Source of the DNA: Clostridia bacterium
GTDB taxonomy: Bacteria > Bacillota > Clostridia > Oscillospirales > SIG627
Length of the DNA stretch: 64,000 nt
Assembly (NCBI GenBank): GCA_017520825.1
Contig: JAFXEX010000014.1
Span: 69,118-133,117, forward strand
Direction of reading: 5' to 3'
Below are positions 55,178 through 63,954 of this stretch, one piece after another; position 1 is the first letter of the stretch, and the number at the start of each line of letters is the position of its first letter. The notes below the pieces were generated by a model. It was not told the DNA's origin. It made no database searches and was given only the letters and a program-made list of their open reading frames with translations. The position numbers were made by a program, and so were the translations under genes.

Positions 55178-57925
55178 ATGAAAAAGTTTACTGTTTTAGT
55201 TTTACTTATACTTTCTCTCGTTATGACGGCGTGTGCGCCCTCTGAAAGCGTTTCGGGAGGAAACCAAGACTCTGAGGCAACCGACGTTCAGGGCGAGCAA
55301 GAGGGGGAAGAGCTTGTGGTTCCCGAGGAGCCCGTAGCTTCGGAAGAGCCTGAAATTTATGAAGATTTACCCGTTCCCGAGGAGCCAAAGTATCTTCTCA
55401 CCGTAGAGGGAGTTACCCTTGAAAACGGCGAGAGCTTAAAGGCTTTTGAATTCGGCGAGAGCGTTACCCTCGTTGCCCAGGATAAGGAGAACGCAGTTTT
55501 CCTTTATTGGCAGGAAAATGGAAGCATACTCACAAACGCCAAGACTCTGTCGGTGACGGTGGAAAGCGACAGATTTATAAAAGCCGTATACGCTGAAAAA
55601 TCACAGGGTGAGCTTGAATTCAACACCGAGGACGGCAAGACCTATTACGTTGCAGGTATTGGAAGCGTTTCGGGAGATACCCTTATTATCCCCGATACCT
55701 ATAACTCCAAGCCCGTTACAAAAATTGCAATGACTGCATTTAAGGATAATACGCAGATTAAGACGGTTGTTATCCCCGATACCGTTACAAGCATTGGCAA
55801 GAATGCTTTTTCGGGATGCACCTCACTTGAATATATAAGCATTCCGTCATCGGTGGAGAAGATAGAGGCAAACGAGCTTTCGGACTGCACCTCTCTTAAA
55901 ACCGTAGCCCTTGGAATTAATATGGATATACCCCTTGGCATTAATTCCGTACAGACCGTTTTCATTACCGAAGGAGTTGAGAAAATCAACTTTGAAGGTC
56001 TGAAAAACGTCAAGGCAGTATTCCTGCCCGAAAGCGTTAAGGAAATAGATGACAACGCCTTTAAAAACTGTGCCTCTCTCATTAAGGTTAATATTCCCGA
56101 GGGCATTGAGAGTATCGGCGATATGGCATTCTACGGCTGTCACTCGCTGGGAAATATAGATTTCCCCAAATCACTTAAAACGATAGGCGAATACGCATTT
56201 TTCCAATGCCGTTCAATGACGGAGCTGAACCTGCCCCAGCTTTTATCAATGGGTGACGGCGCATTTGAAGCCTGCAAGGGAATAACTTCTCTCACACTTC
56301 CCGACAGTCTTTTGACTCTGCCCGAATACGCATTTACGGGCTGTGTCGGACTTAATCGCGTTACTCTTGGCAGAAACGCTACGGAGATTGGAAAGAGCGC
56401 CTTCAAAAATTGTGAAAGACTTACTGAAATAGCGCTTCCCGATACTCTTATGGTTATCGGTGGTGACGCCTTTAAGGGATGCGTTGCCCTTTCGGATATT
56501 TCACTTCCCCATAACGTTACTGAAATGGGAGCAGGCGTGTTCGAGGACTGTAGCGCTTTGACCAAGATTTCTTTGCCCGAAAGACTCTACAAAATCAGTG
56601 AATACTCATTCAGAAGCTGTACCTCGCTCAGAGAGATAACCGTTTGCGTCAACACCAAGAAAGCCGAAATGGGAGCGTTTAACGGCGTTGATAAATTCAA
56701 CGCAACGGTGTACTATAACGGTACTCAGAGCGAGTGGGAGAAGAGCTTTGCAGGGGCGTCTGCCTTTGAAGAAATGGTAATGAAATTCCAGGCGAACACC
56801 CACTATGATTTTGACAGTGGACTCAGATATACCTCAAACGGCGACGGTACCTGTCACGTAGGCAGAATAGACGGCGCAGAGCTTACCGTGTCAGAGCTGA
56901 TTATCCCCGAAAAGAGCCCCAAGGGTGATATAATTACCCATATAGACAAGGACACCTTTAACTCTAACCAGAATATCAAGACGCTGGTTATAGAAGCGCC
57001 TCTTGAGTATATTCCTACAGGCGCATTTTCAAACTGCCTTGAACTTGTCAGCGTTACCTTGCCCGAGACGGTTGAAATAATTGATGATACTGCCTTTGCA
57101 AACTGCTATTCTCTTACCTCAATCAATCTTCCCGAGGGTGTGAGAATTATCGGGGACCGAGCATTTGATTACTGTCAAAGCATAGAAAGCCTGGTACTCC
57201 CCACAGGACTTGAAGTAATAGGGGAGAGCGCCTTTACGGGCTGTAAGTCCCTTAAGGAAGTAACCTTTGGTGAAAACGTAAAAAGCGTGGACAGATACGC
57301 ATTCTCCTTCTGTCAGTCGCTTGAAAAAATCAATATGAACTGTGTTGATACCGTGTTCGGCTCAAGCGTCTTTACCACCAATTCCAATGCGTCGGTATAC
57401 TACGGAAAGGGACTGGATGGTTGGCTCTCACTTGATATGAAGTTCGGCTTGCTTTCAAACGGCATGAAGCTCTTTATTGACGGAGCAGAGCTGACTGAGG
57501 TGGTTATACCCGAAAGCGTTACCGAGATAAAGGAATACGCATTTTCAAACGTTAAGAGCCTTAAAAAAGTAGTTTTCCACGATGGCGTTAAGAAGGTCGG
57601 TGGAGGTGCGTTTTACTACTGCTCGGGACTTGAGGAAATTCTTCTTCCCGAAGGATTGACCGAGATTGAGACAGGATCTTTTGCATATTGTGACAGAGTT
57701 TCACGTCTTGTAATCCCTGCAAGCGTTACCTATATGAGCGAGTCCGCCTTCACGGGTACGGGCTTTGACGAAATTTACTACAACGGAACCAGAGACGATT
57801 GGTATTCCGTAAACAGCCTTAAAAAGTCCGGTCTGGGCTATACTGTCATCTGGTACAGTGAGGAACAGCCAACTGCCAAGGGCTATTATTGGCGTTGGGT
57901 GGATTCCCAGCGAGTTAAGTGGTGA
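55178..57925 (+). CDS. BspA-type leucine-rich-repeat surface lipoprotein (915 aa)
   Basis: It has a lipobox LVMTACAP, an acidic linker, and many repeats of the AF..C..L..I.IP.SV..IG..AF type. Confidence 0.85.
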   Translation: MKKFTVLVLLILSLVMTACAPSESVSGGNQDSEATDVQGEQEGEELVVPEEPVASEEPEIYEDLPVPEEPKYLLTVEGVTLENGESLKAFEFGESVTLVAQDKENAVFLYWQENGSILTNAKTLSVTVESDRFIKAVYAEKSQGELEFNTEDGKTYYVAGIGSVSGDTLIIPDTYNSKPVTKIAMTAFKDNTQIKTVVIPDTVTSIGKNAFSGCTSLEYISIPSSVEKIEANELSDCTSLKTVALGINMDIPLGINSVQTVFITEGVEKINFEGLKNVKAVFLPESVKEIDDNAFKNCASLIKVNIPEGIESIGDMAFYGCHSLGNIDFPKSLKTIGEYAFFQCRSMTELNLPQLLSMGDGAFEACKGITSLTLPDSLLTLPEYAFTGCVGLNRVTLGRNATEIGKSAFKNCERLTEIALPDTLMVIGGDAFKGCVALSDISLPHNVTEMGAGVFEDCSALTKISLPERLYKISEYSFRSCTSLREITVCVNTKKAEMGAFNGVDKFNATVYYNGTQSEWEKSFAGASAFEEMVMKFQANTHYDFDSGLRYTSNGDGTCHVGRIDGAELTVSELIIPEKSPKGDIITHIDKDTFNSNQNIKTLVIEAPLEYIPTGAFSNCLELVSVTLPETVEIIDDTAFANCYSLTSINLPEGVRIIGDRAFDYCQSIESLVLPTGLEVIGESAFTGCKSLKEVTFGENVKSVDRYAFSFCQSLEKINMNCVDTVFGSSVFTTNSNASVYYGKGLDGWLSLDMKFGLLSNGMKLFIDGAELTEVVIPESVTEIKEYAFSNVKSLKKVVFHDGVKKVGGGAFYYCSGLEEILLPEGLTEIETGSFAYCDRVSRLVIPASVTYMSESAFTGTGFDEIYYNGTRDDWYSVNSLKKSGLGYTVIWYSEEQPTAKGYYWRWVDSQRVKW

Positions 57926-57926
57926 C

Positions 57927-58169
57927 GGCTTCATATTTGGGCTAAAACCGAAAATGAAATGATAATTATATTTTGACGATAGGATGTTCGCGACTGTTAG
58001 AAAGCGTGAACACACTTCTTCATTGTCACAGACCTTTTAAGGTAGAAAGCTTCGCTTTCTTTCATCTGTGAAAATTTCATTTTCTTCGCCCCTTGCTTGT
58101 ACTGCCGTACACTTGTACGGCTACGGCTTCGCAATTGACGATTTTATCTCCAAATCTGCGCGCCTTTAC
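57927..58169 (-). mobile_element. L element copy 7 (Lb subtype)
   Basis: It starts 2 nt after the LRR stop codon, in the same orientation as copy 6, and differs from copy 6 at only scattered positions. Confidence 0.85.
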
Positions 58170-58265
58170 AGCTTCATATTTGCGATAAAACCGAAAATGA
58201 AAATATAAATAAAGTTAAAGTAGTGTGTTTGCGTTTGCAATAAAGCGTGAACACATCACTTTTTG
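58170..58265 (-). repeat. L element copy 8, terminal fragment only
   Basis: AGCTTCATATTTGCGATAAAACCGAAAATGAAAATATAAATAAAGTTAAAGTAGTGTGTTTGCG...GCGTGAACACA matches the terminal ~95 bp of Lb copies 2 and 9. Confidence 0.7.
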
Positions 58266-58504
58266 TTACAGGCTTTCCTCAACCCTTAACCTCTCCAAGT
58301 GTAATAGGTACGTGCGTGCCTATCTACTCTATCTGTTCTATCTATATTATCTATTATATCTATATTTGTGTCATTCTGTTGTTTTTTTGTTGTCGTTCTG
58401 TTGTCATTTTGTTGTCATTCTGTTGTCAGAATTTTTAATGATGATGCTTAAAAGCCCTTTATATACAGAGGCTTTTGAGGTGTTTTTTGTTGTTGGATTT
58501 TGTG

Positions 58505-58590
58505 AAATTTTTAATCATTGAAAATTTGCCAACGGCAAATTAACATTAATTGTGAATTGTGCATTGTTAATTGGCAAAGCGTTGTGCATT
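58505..58590. repeat. Hairpin/heptad module (H)
   Basis: AATTTGCC-AAC-GGCAAATT (58523-58541) is followed by ttaattgtgaattgtgcattgttaattg. Confidence 0.75.
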
Positions 58591-58671
58591 TATCTACTTA
58601 TATTATACATATCCACACACTGACATACAATGACATCTTACTGACAACTTTCTAAAAAAAACGCTTTTTTA

Positions 58672-58700
58672 TTGACAAAAGGCTATAAATGTGTTAGAAT
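58672..58700 (+). promoter_or_regulatory. Strong sigma-A promoter (TTGACA-17-TAGAAT) for the metY-metA leader
   Basis: Read directly, with the hexamers at 58672-58677 and 58695-58700. Confidence 0.75.
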
Positions 58701-58731
58701 TCAATAAACATAGGAAAGAGAGGTAAATGAA

Positions 58732-58794
58732 ATGATGCGAATGTGTAACTGCAAAGAATTTCTTTCTGCCTGCTCTATGCCCTTTGGGGCATAA
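58732..58794 (+). CDS. Candidate 20-codon Met/Cys-rich leader peptide MMRMCNCKEFLSACSMPFGA
   Basis: GAGAGG lies about 9 nt upstream of the ATG. Seven of the 20 codons are Met or Cys (4 Met, 3 Cys). It lies between the promoter and a terminator upstream of methionine-biosynthesis genes. Confidence 0.45.
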   Translation: MMRMCNCKEFLSACSMPFGA

Positions 58795-58807
58795 TATAGC
58801 GTTTTTC

Positions 58808-58831
58808 GGCAGAGAGAGTCTCTGCCTTTTT
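58808..58831 (+). terminator. Leader terminator (attenuator) upstream of metY
   Basis: GGCAGAGA-GAG-TCTCTGCC is followed by TTTTT and lies 37 nt before the metY ATG. Confidence 0.7.
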
Positions 58832-58867
58832 CTTTTAATTTATTAAGGATTTTCGGAGGATAATAAA

Positions 58868-60157
58868 ATGGAAAATTTAAAAATTGAAACTAAATGTATT
58901 CAGTCGGGCTACGTGCCCGGAAACGGCGAGCCCAGACAGATACCCATTATTCAAAGCACCACCTTCAAGTATGATACCAGTGAGGATATGGGTAAGCTCT
59001 TTGACCTTGAGGCAAGTGGTTATTTCTACACCAGACTGCAGAACCCCACCAACGACTACGTTGCAGCAAAGCTTGCAGCCCTTGAAGGAGGTACGGCAGG
59101 TATGCTTACCTCGTCGGGTCAGGCAGCTAACTTCTATTCAATCTTCAACATTGCTTCCTGTGGCGACCACGTTGTAGCTGCATCTACCATTTACGGTGGC
59201 ACCTTCAACCTCTTCTCGGTTACTATGAAGCGTATGGGCATTGACTTTACCTTCGTTTCGCCCTATTGCACGGACGAGGAGCTTGAAGCAGCATTCCGTC
59301 CTAACACAAAGGCAGTTTTCGGTGAAACTATTGCCAACCCTGCCCTTGTAGTTCTTGACATTGAACGCTTTGCAAAGGCTGCTCACGCACACGGCGTACC
59401 TCTTATTATAGACAACACCTTTGCCACACCCTTCCTTTGCCGTCCCTTTGAGTTCGGTGCCGACATCGTTACCCACTCTACTACAAAATATCTTGACGGT
59501 CACGGCTCGGGCGTTGGTGGTTGTATTATTGACAGTGGTAAATTCGATTGGACCAAGTATCCCGACAGGTTCCCCGGTCTCTGCACTCCCGACGAAAGCT
59601 ATCACGGAGTAACCTACACCGAGCGCTTCGGTCTTGCAGGCGCGTTCATCACCAAGGCTACTGCACAGCTTATGCGTGACTTCGGCTCTATTCAGTCACC
59701 TCAGAACGCATACCTTCTCAATCTGGGTATCGAAAGCCTCCACGTAAGAATGGAGCGCCATTGCTACAACGGTCAGAAGGTTGCCGAATACCTTGAAAAG
59801 AACCCCAACGTTGCTTGGGTGAAATACAGTGGACTTCCCTCGGACAGAGACTACGCTCTTGCGCAGAAATATCTTCCTCTCGGCTCTTGTGGAGTTGTAA
59901 GCTTTGGCGTAAAGGGTGGCAGAAAGGCAGCCGAAAGATTTATGAAGAATCTGAAGCTTGCAAGCATCGAAACCCACGTTGCCGATGCTAAAACCTGTTG
60001 TCTGCATCCTGCATCTGCAACTCACCGTCAGATGAACGACACAGAGCTTGAGGCTGCAGGCGTTTCTCCCGACCTTGTAAGACTGTCGGTTGGTATCGAA
60101 AACGTTGACGACCTTATTGCAGACCTTGCACAAGCCCTTGAAAAGGCGGGTGAATAA
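58868..60157 (+). CDS. metY: O-acetylhomoserine sulfhydrylase (PLP-dependent)
   Basis: It is a Cys/Met-metabolism PLP family member with the [11 protein letters not shown] lysine motif, 429 aa long. Confidence 0.9.
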   Translation: MENLKIETKCIQSGYVPGNGEPRQIPIIQSTTFKYDTSEDMGKLFDLEASGYFYTRLQNPTNDYVAAKLAALEGGTAGMLTSSGQAANFYSIFNIASCGDHVVAASTIYGGTFNLFSVTMKRMGIDFTFVSPYCTDEELEAAFRPNTKAVFGETIANPALVVLDIERFAKAAHAHGVPLIIDNTFATPFLCRPFEFGADIVTHSTTKYLDGHGSGVGGCIIDSGKFDWTKYPDRFPGLCTPDESYHGVTYTERFGLAGAFITKATAQLMRDFGSIQSPQNAYLLNLGIESLHVRMERHCYNGQKVAEYLEKNPNVAWVKYSGLPSDRDYALAQKYLPLGSCGVVSFGVKGGRKAAERFMKNLKLASIETHVADAKTCCLHPASATHRQMNDTELEAAGVSPDLVRLSVGIENVDDLIADLAQALEKAGE

Positions 60158-60159
60158 TA

Positions 60160-61074
60160 ATGCCCATCAGAATACCCAACTCTTTGCCTGCAACTCAGAC
60201 GCTGATTGACGAAAACATATTCGTTATGACCGAGACGAGGGCTTTGACACAGGATATTCGACCCCTACAGATACTCCTTCTCAATCTTATGCCCACGAAA
60301 ATAGTTACCGAAACCCAATTTGCAAGGCTTCTCGGTAACACGCCCCTGCAGGTTGAGCTTGATTTCTTGCAGACGGCGACACACAAGGCGACTCACATCT
60401 CCTCCGATCATCTTCTTGCCTTCTACAAGGTGTTTGACGAAATAAAGCACAAAAAGTACGACGGAATGATAATTACGGGCGCTCCCGTAGAGCTTATGCC
60501 CTTCGAGGAGGTCAACTATTGGAATGAGCTTTGCGAGATAATGGAGTGGTCAAAGACCCACGTCACAAGCACCATGCATATCTGCTGGGGCGCGCAGGCA
60601 GGACTTTATTATCACTTTGGAATTGACAAAAAGCCTCTCCCCGAAAAGATGTTCGGTGTGTTTCCTCATAAGGTGGTACACAAGAATTCAATTCTTTTCC
60701 GTGGCGTTGACGACCTGTTCTACGTTCCTCATTCAAGGCATACCACCGTTGACGTTGAGGACGTGCGCAAGGTTCCTGCACTGAAAATTCTTACCCTTTC
60801 CGACAAGGCAGGGCTTCATTGCTGTATGACCGAGGGGGGACGTCAGATATTCGTGACGGGACATTCGGAATACGATGCCGATACCCTTAAAAACGAATAC
60901 CTGCGTGACAAAAATCAGGGACTTGACATAAAGGTTCCCGAAAACTATTTCCCTCACGACGACGATACCCTTGAGCCCGTGGTAAAGTGGCGCGCTCACG
61001 CTAATTTACTGTTCTCCAATTGGCTCAATTACTTCGTATATCAGACAACGCCATACGATATAAACGAAATATAG
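60160..61074 (+). CDS. metA: Homoserine O-acyltransferase, MetA family
   Basis: It has MPIRIP...LLNLMPTK...ICWGAQA motifs typical of MetA and begins 2 nt after the metY stop. Confidence 0.92.
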   Translation: MPIRIPNSLPATQTLIDENIFVMTETRALTQDIRPLQILLLNLMPTKIVTETQFARLLGNTPLQVELDFLQTATHKATHISSDHLLAFYKVFDEIKHKKYDGMIITGAPVELMPFEEVNYWNELCEIMEWSKTHVTSTMHICWGAQAGLYYHFGIDKKPLPEKMFGVFPHKVVHKNSILFRGVDDLFYVPHSRHTTVDVEDVRKVPALKILTLSDKAGLHCCMTEGGRQIFVTGHSEYDADTLKNEYLRDKNQGLDIKVPENYFPHDDDTLEPVVKWRAHANLLFSNWLNYFVYQTTPYDINEI

Positions 61075-61100
61075 TGAAGCATTGCTTCACTATATTTTTG
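61071..61100 (+). terminator. metA rho-independent terminator
   Basis: ATAGTGAAGC-ATT-GCTTCACTAT is followed by a T run. The stem overlaps the TAG stop. Confidence 0.85.
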
Positions 61101-61104
61101 TTTA

Positions 61105-61295
61105 TGGTTAAATTTGCCCTGACGGACAGGTTAAATTGCCATAGGCAGTTAAATATCGGCTTTGCCGATGGGATATTTTTCAAACAAGGGTTGAAAAGTT
61201 ATGGTTAATTTGCTTTGCAAATCTTCAATGATTGTAAATTTCGCAAAGCGAAATTGTCCTTAATTGTGCATTGTTAATTGTGAACTGTGTATTTA
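61105..61295. repeat. Extended hairpin module (H)
   Basis: It contains ATCGGC-TTT-GCCGAT, ATTTGC-TTT-GCAAAT and AATTTCGC-AAA-GCGAAATT, then gtccttaattgtgcattgttaattgtgaactg. Confidence 0.8.
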
Positions 61296-61324
61296 TTTTC
61301 GTTCTCACCCAAAAGACACGCCGT
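61296..61324 (+). repeat. La terminus fragment
   Basis: TTTTCGTTCTCACCCAAAAGACACGCCGT. Confidence 0.65.
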
Positions 61325-61377
61325 AAACACTAAATGTTGTATAGTTTTTTAAAAAAAATTGGAATATTATACCATAC

Positions 61378-61384
61378 TTCGACA
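61378..61384 (-). promoter_or_regulatory. Possible Spo0A box (TGTCGAA) upstream of spoIIE
   Basis: The minus strand reads TGTCGAA, about 80 nt upstream of the spoIIE ATG. In Bacillus, spoIIE is Spo0A-activated. This is a single 7-mer match only. Confidence 0.3.
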
Positions 61385-61459
61385 TAAGATATTATCTTTT
61401 AATGATATGCTAAAGGCAACCGAAAAAGAACGGTACAAATTAAAAGAAAGGAATTCTTT

Positions 61460-63946
61460 ATGTGGAAAATCCGTGAAACTGAAAGGACGGATAAAAAAAC
61501 GCCTGACTTCGAAAAGGAGTCAAGGCTTAAGGACGAGACGCGAAGCTTTTTCGTGTCAGCTAAAGGGTACGTAGCAAAGAGTGTGGCTCTTTACTCGGGA
61601 CTTTTAAAAAAGCTTTTTGATAAGGCGTCGGATATGCTGTCGGAGGAGCTGGGGGAGGAGGGGGCAGACTACAAAAAGCGCACCAAGACCTTTTTACTGT
61701 CTTTGCTTTTCGTGGCAGTTGGCTTTATCGTGTCCTCTACTGCCTTTGTTGAGGGCGCTTATCCACTGTCTATTGCAATCGTTTCGTCGGCAGGAAGCCG
61801 TGTAAAAAAAGGCTCAAGGTTTACACCCCGTCTGATTATGGGACTTGCTTTCTTTTCGGTCATTCTGTCCACTCTCAGAATGGGTGGTAACGGTCTGTTG
61901 TATTTTACGGTAATCTTTACGGTTTTCGTGTTGAGAAGCGTGGTAACCTCGGGTGAATTTAACGAGGGAATAGTTTACAGAACCCTCACCTCATTTTTCG
62001 CATCCCTGGTGCTTTCTGCCTGCATTTCGGTAATTGATTCCTTCAGCATTGACTCGGTGTTCACGGGGGTCAGCGTTGCCGTAACGGCGCCTATTTTTAC
62101 TTATATGCTTTCGGGCTTCTTCGTTACTCTCGGAGAGCCAATGTTTGAGTCGGGAATGAAAATGAGGGCAGAGGTGGGTATTGCAGCCATATTTTTTGCC
62201 TTCGTGCTTGCTCTGTCCGATTTTGCCATATTCGGCTTTTCTCTCGCTGCAACCGTTGCCTTTGCCGTAACCTGTATGGTGGCAAAGACTCTTGGCTCGA
62301 TGCACGGGGGAGTGTTCGGAATGCTGGGTGGCATTGCTGCAGGGGGTGGGCTTTTTGCCTCCTCCTTCGGTGTAATCGGCGTTGTGTCGGCAGTATTCTT
62401 CGCCGTGTCCGACCTCCTTGCCCTTTCCGTAGCCGTACTTATTTCAAGCGCAGTTTCCATTTACGTGGGTGGCTTTGAGGGCTTGATAACCACTCTTCCC
62501 GAGGTACTTTTCGGCAGTCTGGTTATTTACCCCATATTGAAGGCTATGCCCATTGCAGAGGAGAAAATAAGCCTTATTTCCAACACCGTAAAGACCTCGG
62601 AGAAGCACGAAAGAGAGAGCGTGGAAAGAGGGCTTGAAAAGCTGTCGGGCACCTTTGCCTCTCTTTCGGAGGTGTTTTTTGCAGTGACCGATACTATGAA
62701 AACGCCAACTGTTGAGGACGTTACCTCGGCTGTGAACAAGGCGTACAACAAGGTGTGCGCCACCTGCTCTATGTCGGGAATGTGCTGGAGTAAGCACTAT
62801 ACTGACAGTAACGATGCTAAAAACAGTATTGCCCAAAGGATTATCGCCTCGGGCAGAGCAACGAAAAACGATTTTCCTCAACCCTTTGCAGAAAGGTGCA
62901 TAAAGCTGGACGGTATTCTGGACTGCATAAATAAGAGGTATGCAAGCCTTTGCTATACTGCCAGTGACGTTACCCACGCCAATCTGATAGCAGGGGAGTA
63001 CCACACCGTTTCCAAGCTTTTTCAAAGCACGGCGCAGGGCTTTCGTGACTCAGAGGCAGAGAATATGGAGCTTGCCGGCAAGGCGTTCCGTGCAATGCGT
63101 GAGCTTGCCACTCCCTTTGGAAGAATTGAGGCGTGGGGCAGACGCAGAAGCGTAATTGACGTATTCGGCGTTCAGCCCGAGAGAATAGAGCGTTCTACGG
63201 CAGAAATACTTGCTGCCTTTGAAACCGAATGCTCAATGCTCTTTGAGGAGCCTGAATTTATAAAGCTGGAAACCACCACGGCGCTCCGTATGAAAAGGCG
63301 CGCGCCCATAACCCTTGAATGCGCCAAAAAAAGTATGAGTAAGAAGGGGGAGAGGGTGAACGGTGACAGTATCTCCTTTTTCGAGAAGGACGACGGTCAC
63401 TTTTACGCCCTTATATGCGACGGAATGGGAAGTGGCAGGAGCGCTGCACTTACCTCACGTCTTGCCTCGGTTTTTCTTGAAAAGCTTCTGACCTGTACCG
63501 ACGATAAGAGGGTAACTCTTGAAATGCTTAATTCAATGCTTATGGCAAAAAAGGACGAGTGCTTCACTACGCTGGATCTGGTGGAAATAGACCTTTTTGA
63601 AATGAAGGCAAGCTTTATGAAGGCAGGAGCGTCACCCTCTTTCGTCATAAGAGAGGATAAGGTGTATAAGGTGAATTCGGCAACAATGCCTGCCGGAATA
63701 ATCTCAAAGCTATCTGCCGAGGAAACGAAAATAAGCGTAAAGAAGGGCGACCTTATCGTTATGCTATCCGACGGAATAATCGCTTCAAACGAAATTTCCG
63801 ACGAGGAAAATCCTTGGCTTGTGGAGTTGCTTGACTGCAACCGTGACAAATGCCCGTCTGAGCTTTGTGACCTTTTACTCAACGACGCTCTGTCACGCTT
63901 TGGGGCGTCAGACGATATGTCTGTAGCTTGTGTATGCGTTAAATAA
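61460..63946 (+). CDS. spoIIE: Stage II sporulation protein E (PP2C phosphatase)
   Basis: It has about 10 TM segments N-terminally and a C-terminal PP2C domain (ALICDGMGSG...DDMSVACV), 828 aa in total. Confidence 0.9.
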   Translation: MWKIRETERTDKKTPDFEKESRLKDETRSFFVSAKGYVAKSVALYSGLLKKLFDKASDMLSEELGEEGADYKKRTKTFLLSLLFVAVGFIVSSTAFVEGAYPLSIAIVSSAGSRVKKGSRFTPRLIMGLAFFSVILSTLRMGGNGLLYFTVIFTVFVLRSVVTSGEFNEGIVYRTLTSFFASLVLSACISVIDSFSIDSVFTGVSVAVTAPIFTYMLSGFFVTLGEPMFESGMKMRAEVGIAAIFFAFVLALSDFAIFGFSLAATVAFAVTCMVAKTLGSMHGGVFGMLGGIAAGGGLFASSFGVIGVVSAVFFAVSDLLALSVAVLISSAVSIYVGGFEGLITTLPEVLFGSLVIYPILKAMPIAEEKISLISNTVKTSEKHERESVERGLEKLSGTFASLSEVFFAVTDTMKTPTVEDVTSAVNKAYNKVCATCSMSGMCWSKHYTDSNDAKNSIAQRIIASGRATKNDFPQPFAERCIKLDGILDCINKRYASLCYTASDVTHANLIAGEYHTVSKLFQSTAQGFRDSEAENMELAGKAFRAMRELATPFGRIEAWGRRRSVIDVFGVQPERIERSTAEILAAFETECSMLFEEPEFIKLETTTALRMKRRAPITLECAKKSMSKKGERVNGDSISFFEKDDGHFYALICDGMGSGRSAALTSRLASVFLEKLLTCTDDKRVTLEMLNSMLMAKKDECFTTLDLVEIDLFEMKASFMKAGASPSFVIREDKVYKVNSATMPAGIISKLSAEETKISVKKGDLIVMLSDGIIASNEISDEENPWLVELLDCNRDKCPSELCDLLLNDALSRFGASDDMSVACVCVK

Positions 63947-63954
63947 TATATTTC

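Noticed and set aside
58700-58867. S-box (SAM-I) riboswitch or Met T-box upstream of metY.
   Set aside because: I looked for the conserved S-box core elements (the ...AGAGGG...GCCC...GCAACC type helices, about 110 nt) and for a T-box sequence with a specifier loop. The leader is only about 160 nt, and I saw neither. This needs confirmation with covariance models.
61378-61384. Confident Spo0A regulation of spoIIE.
   Set aside because: There is only a single 7-nt 0A-box match (TGTCGAA) in AT-rich DNA. It is kept as a low-confidence feature, not as a finding.
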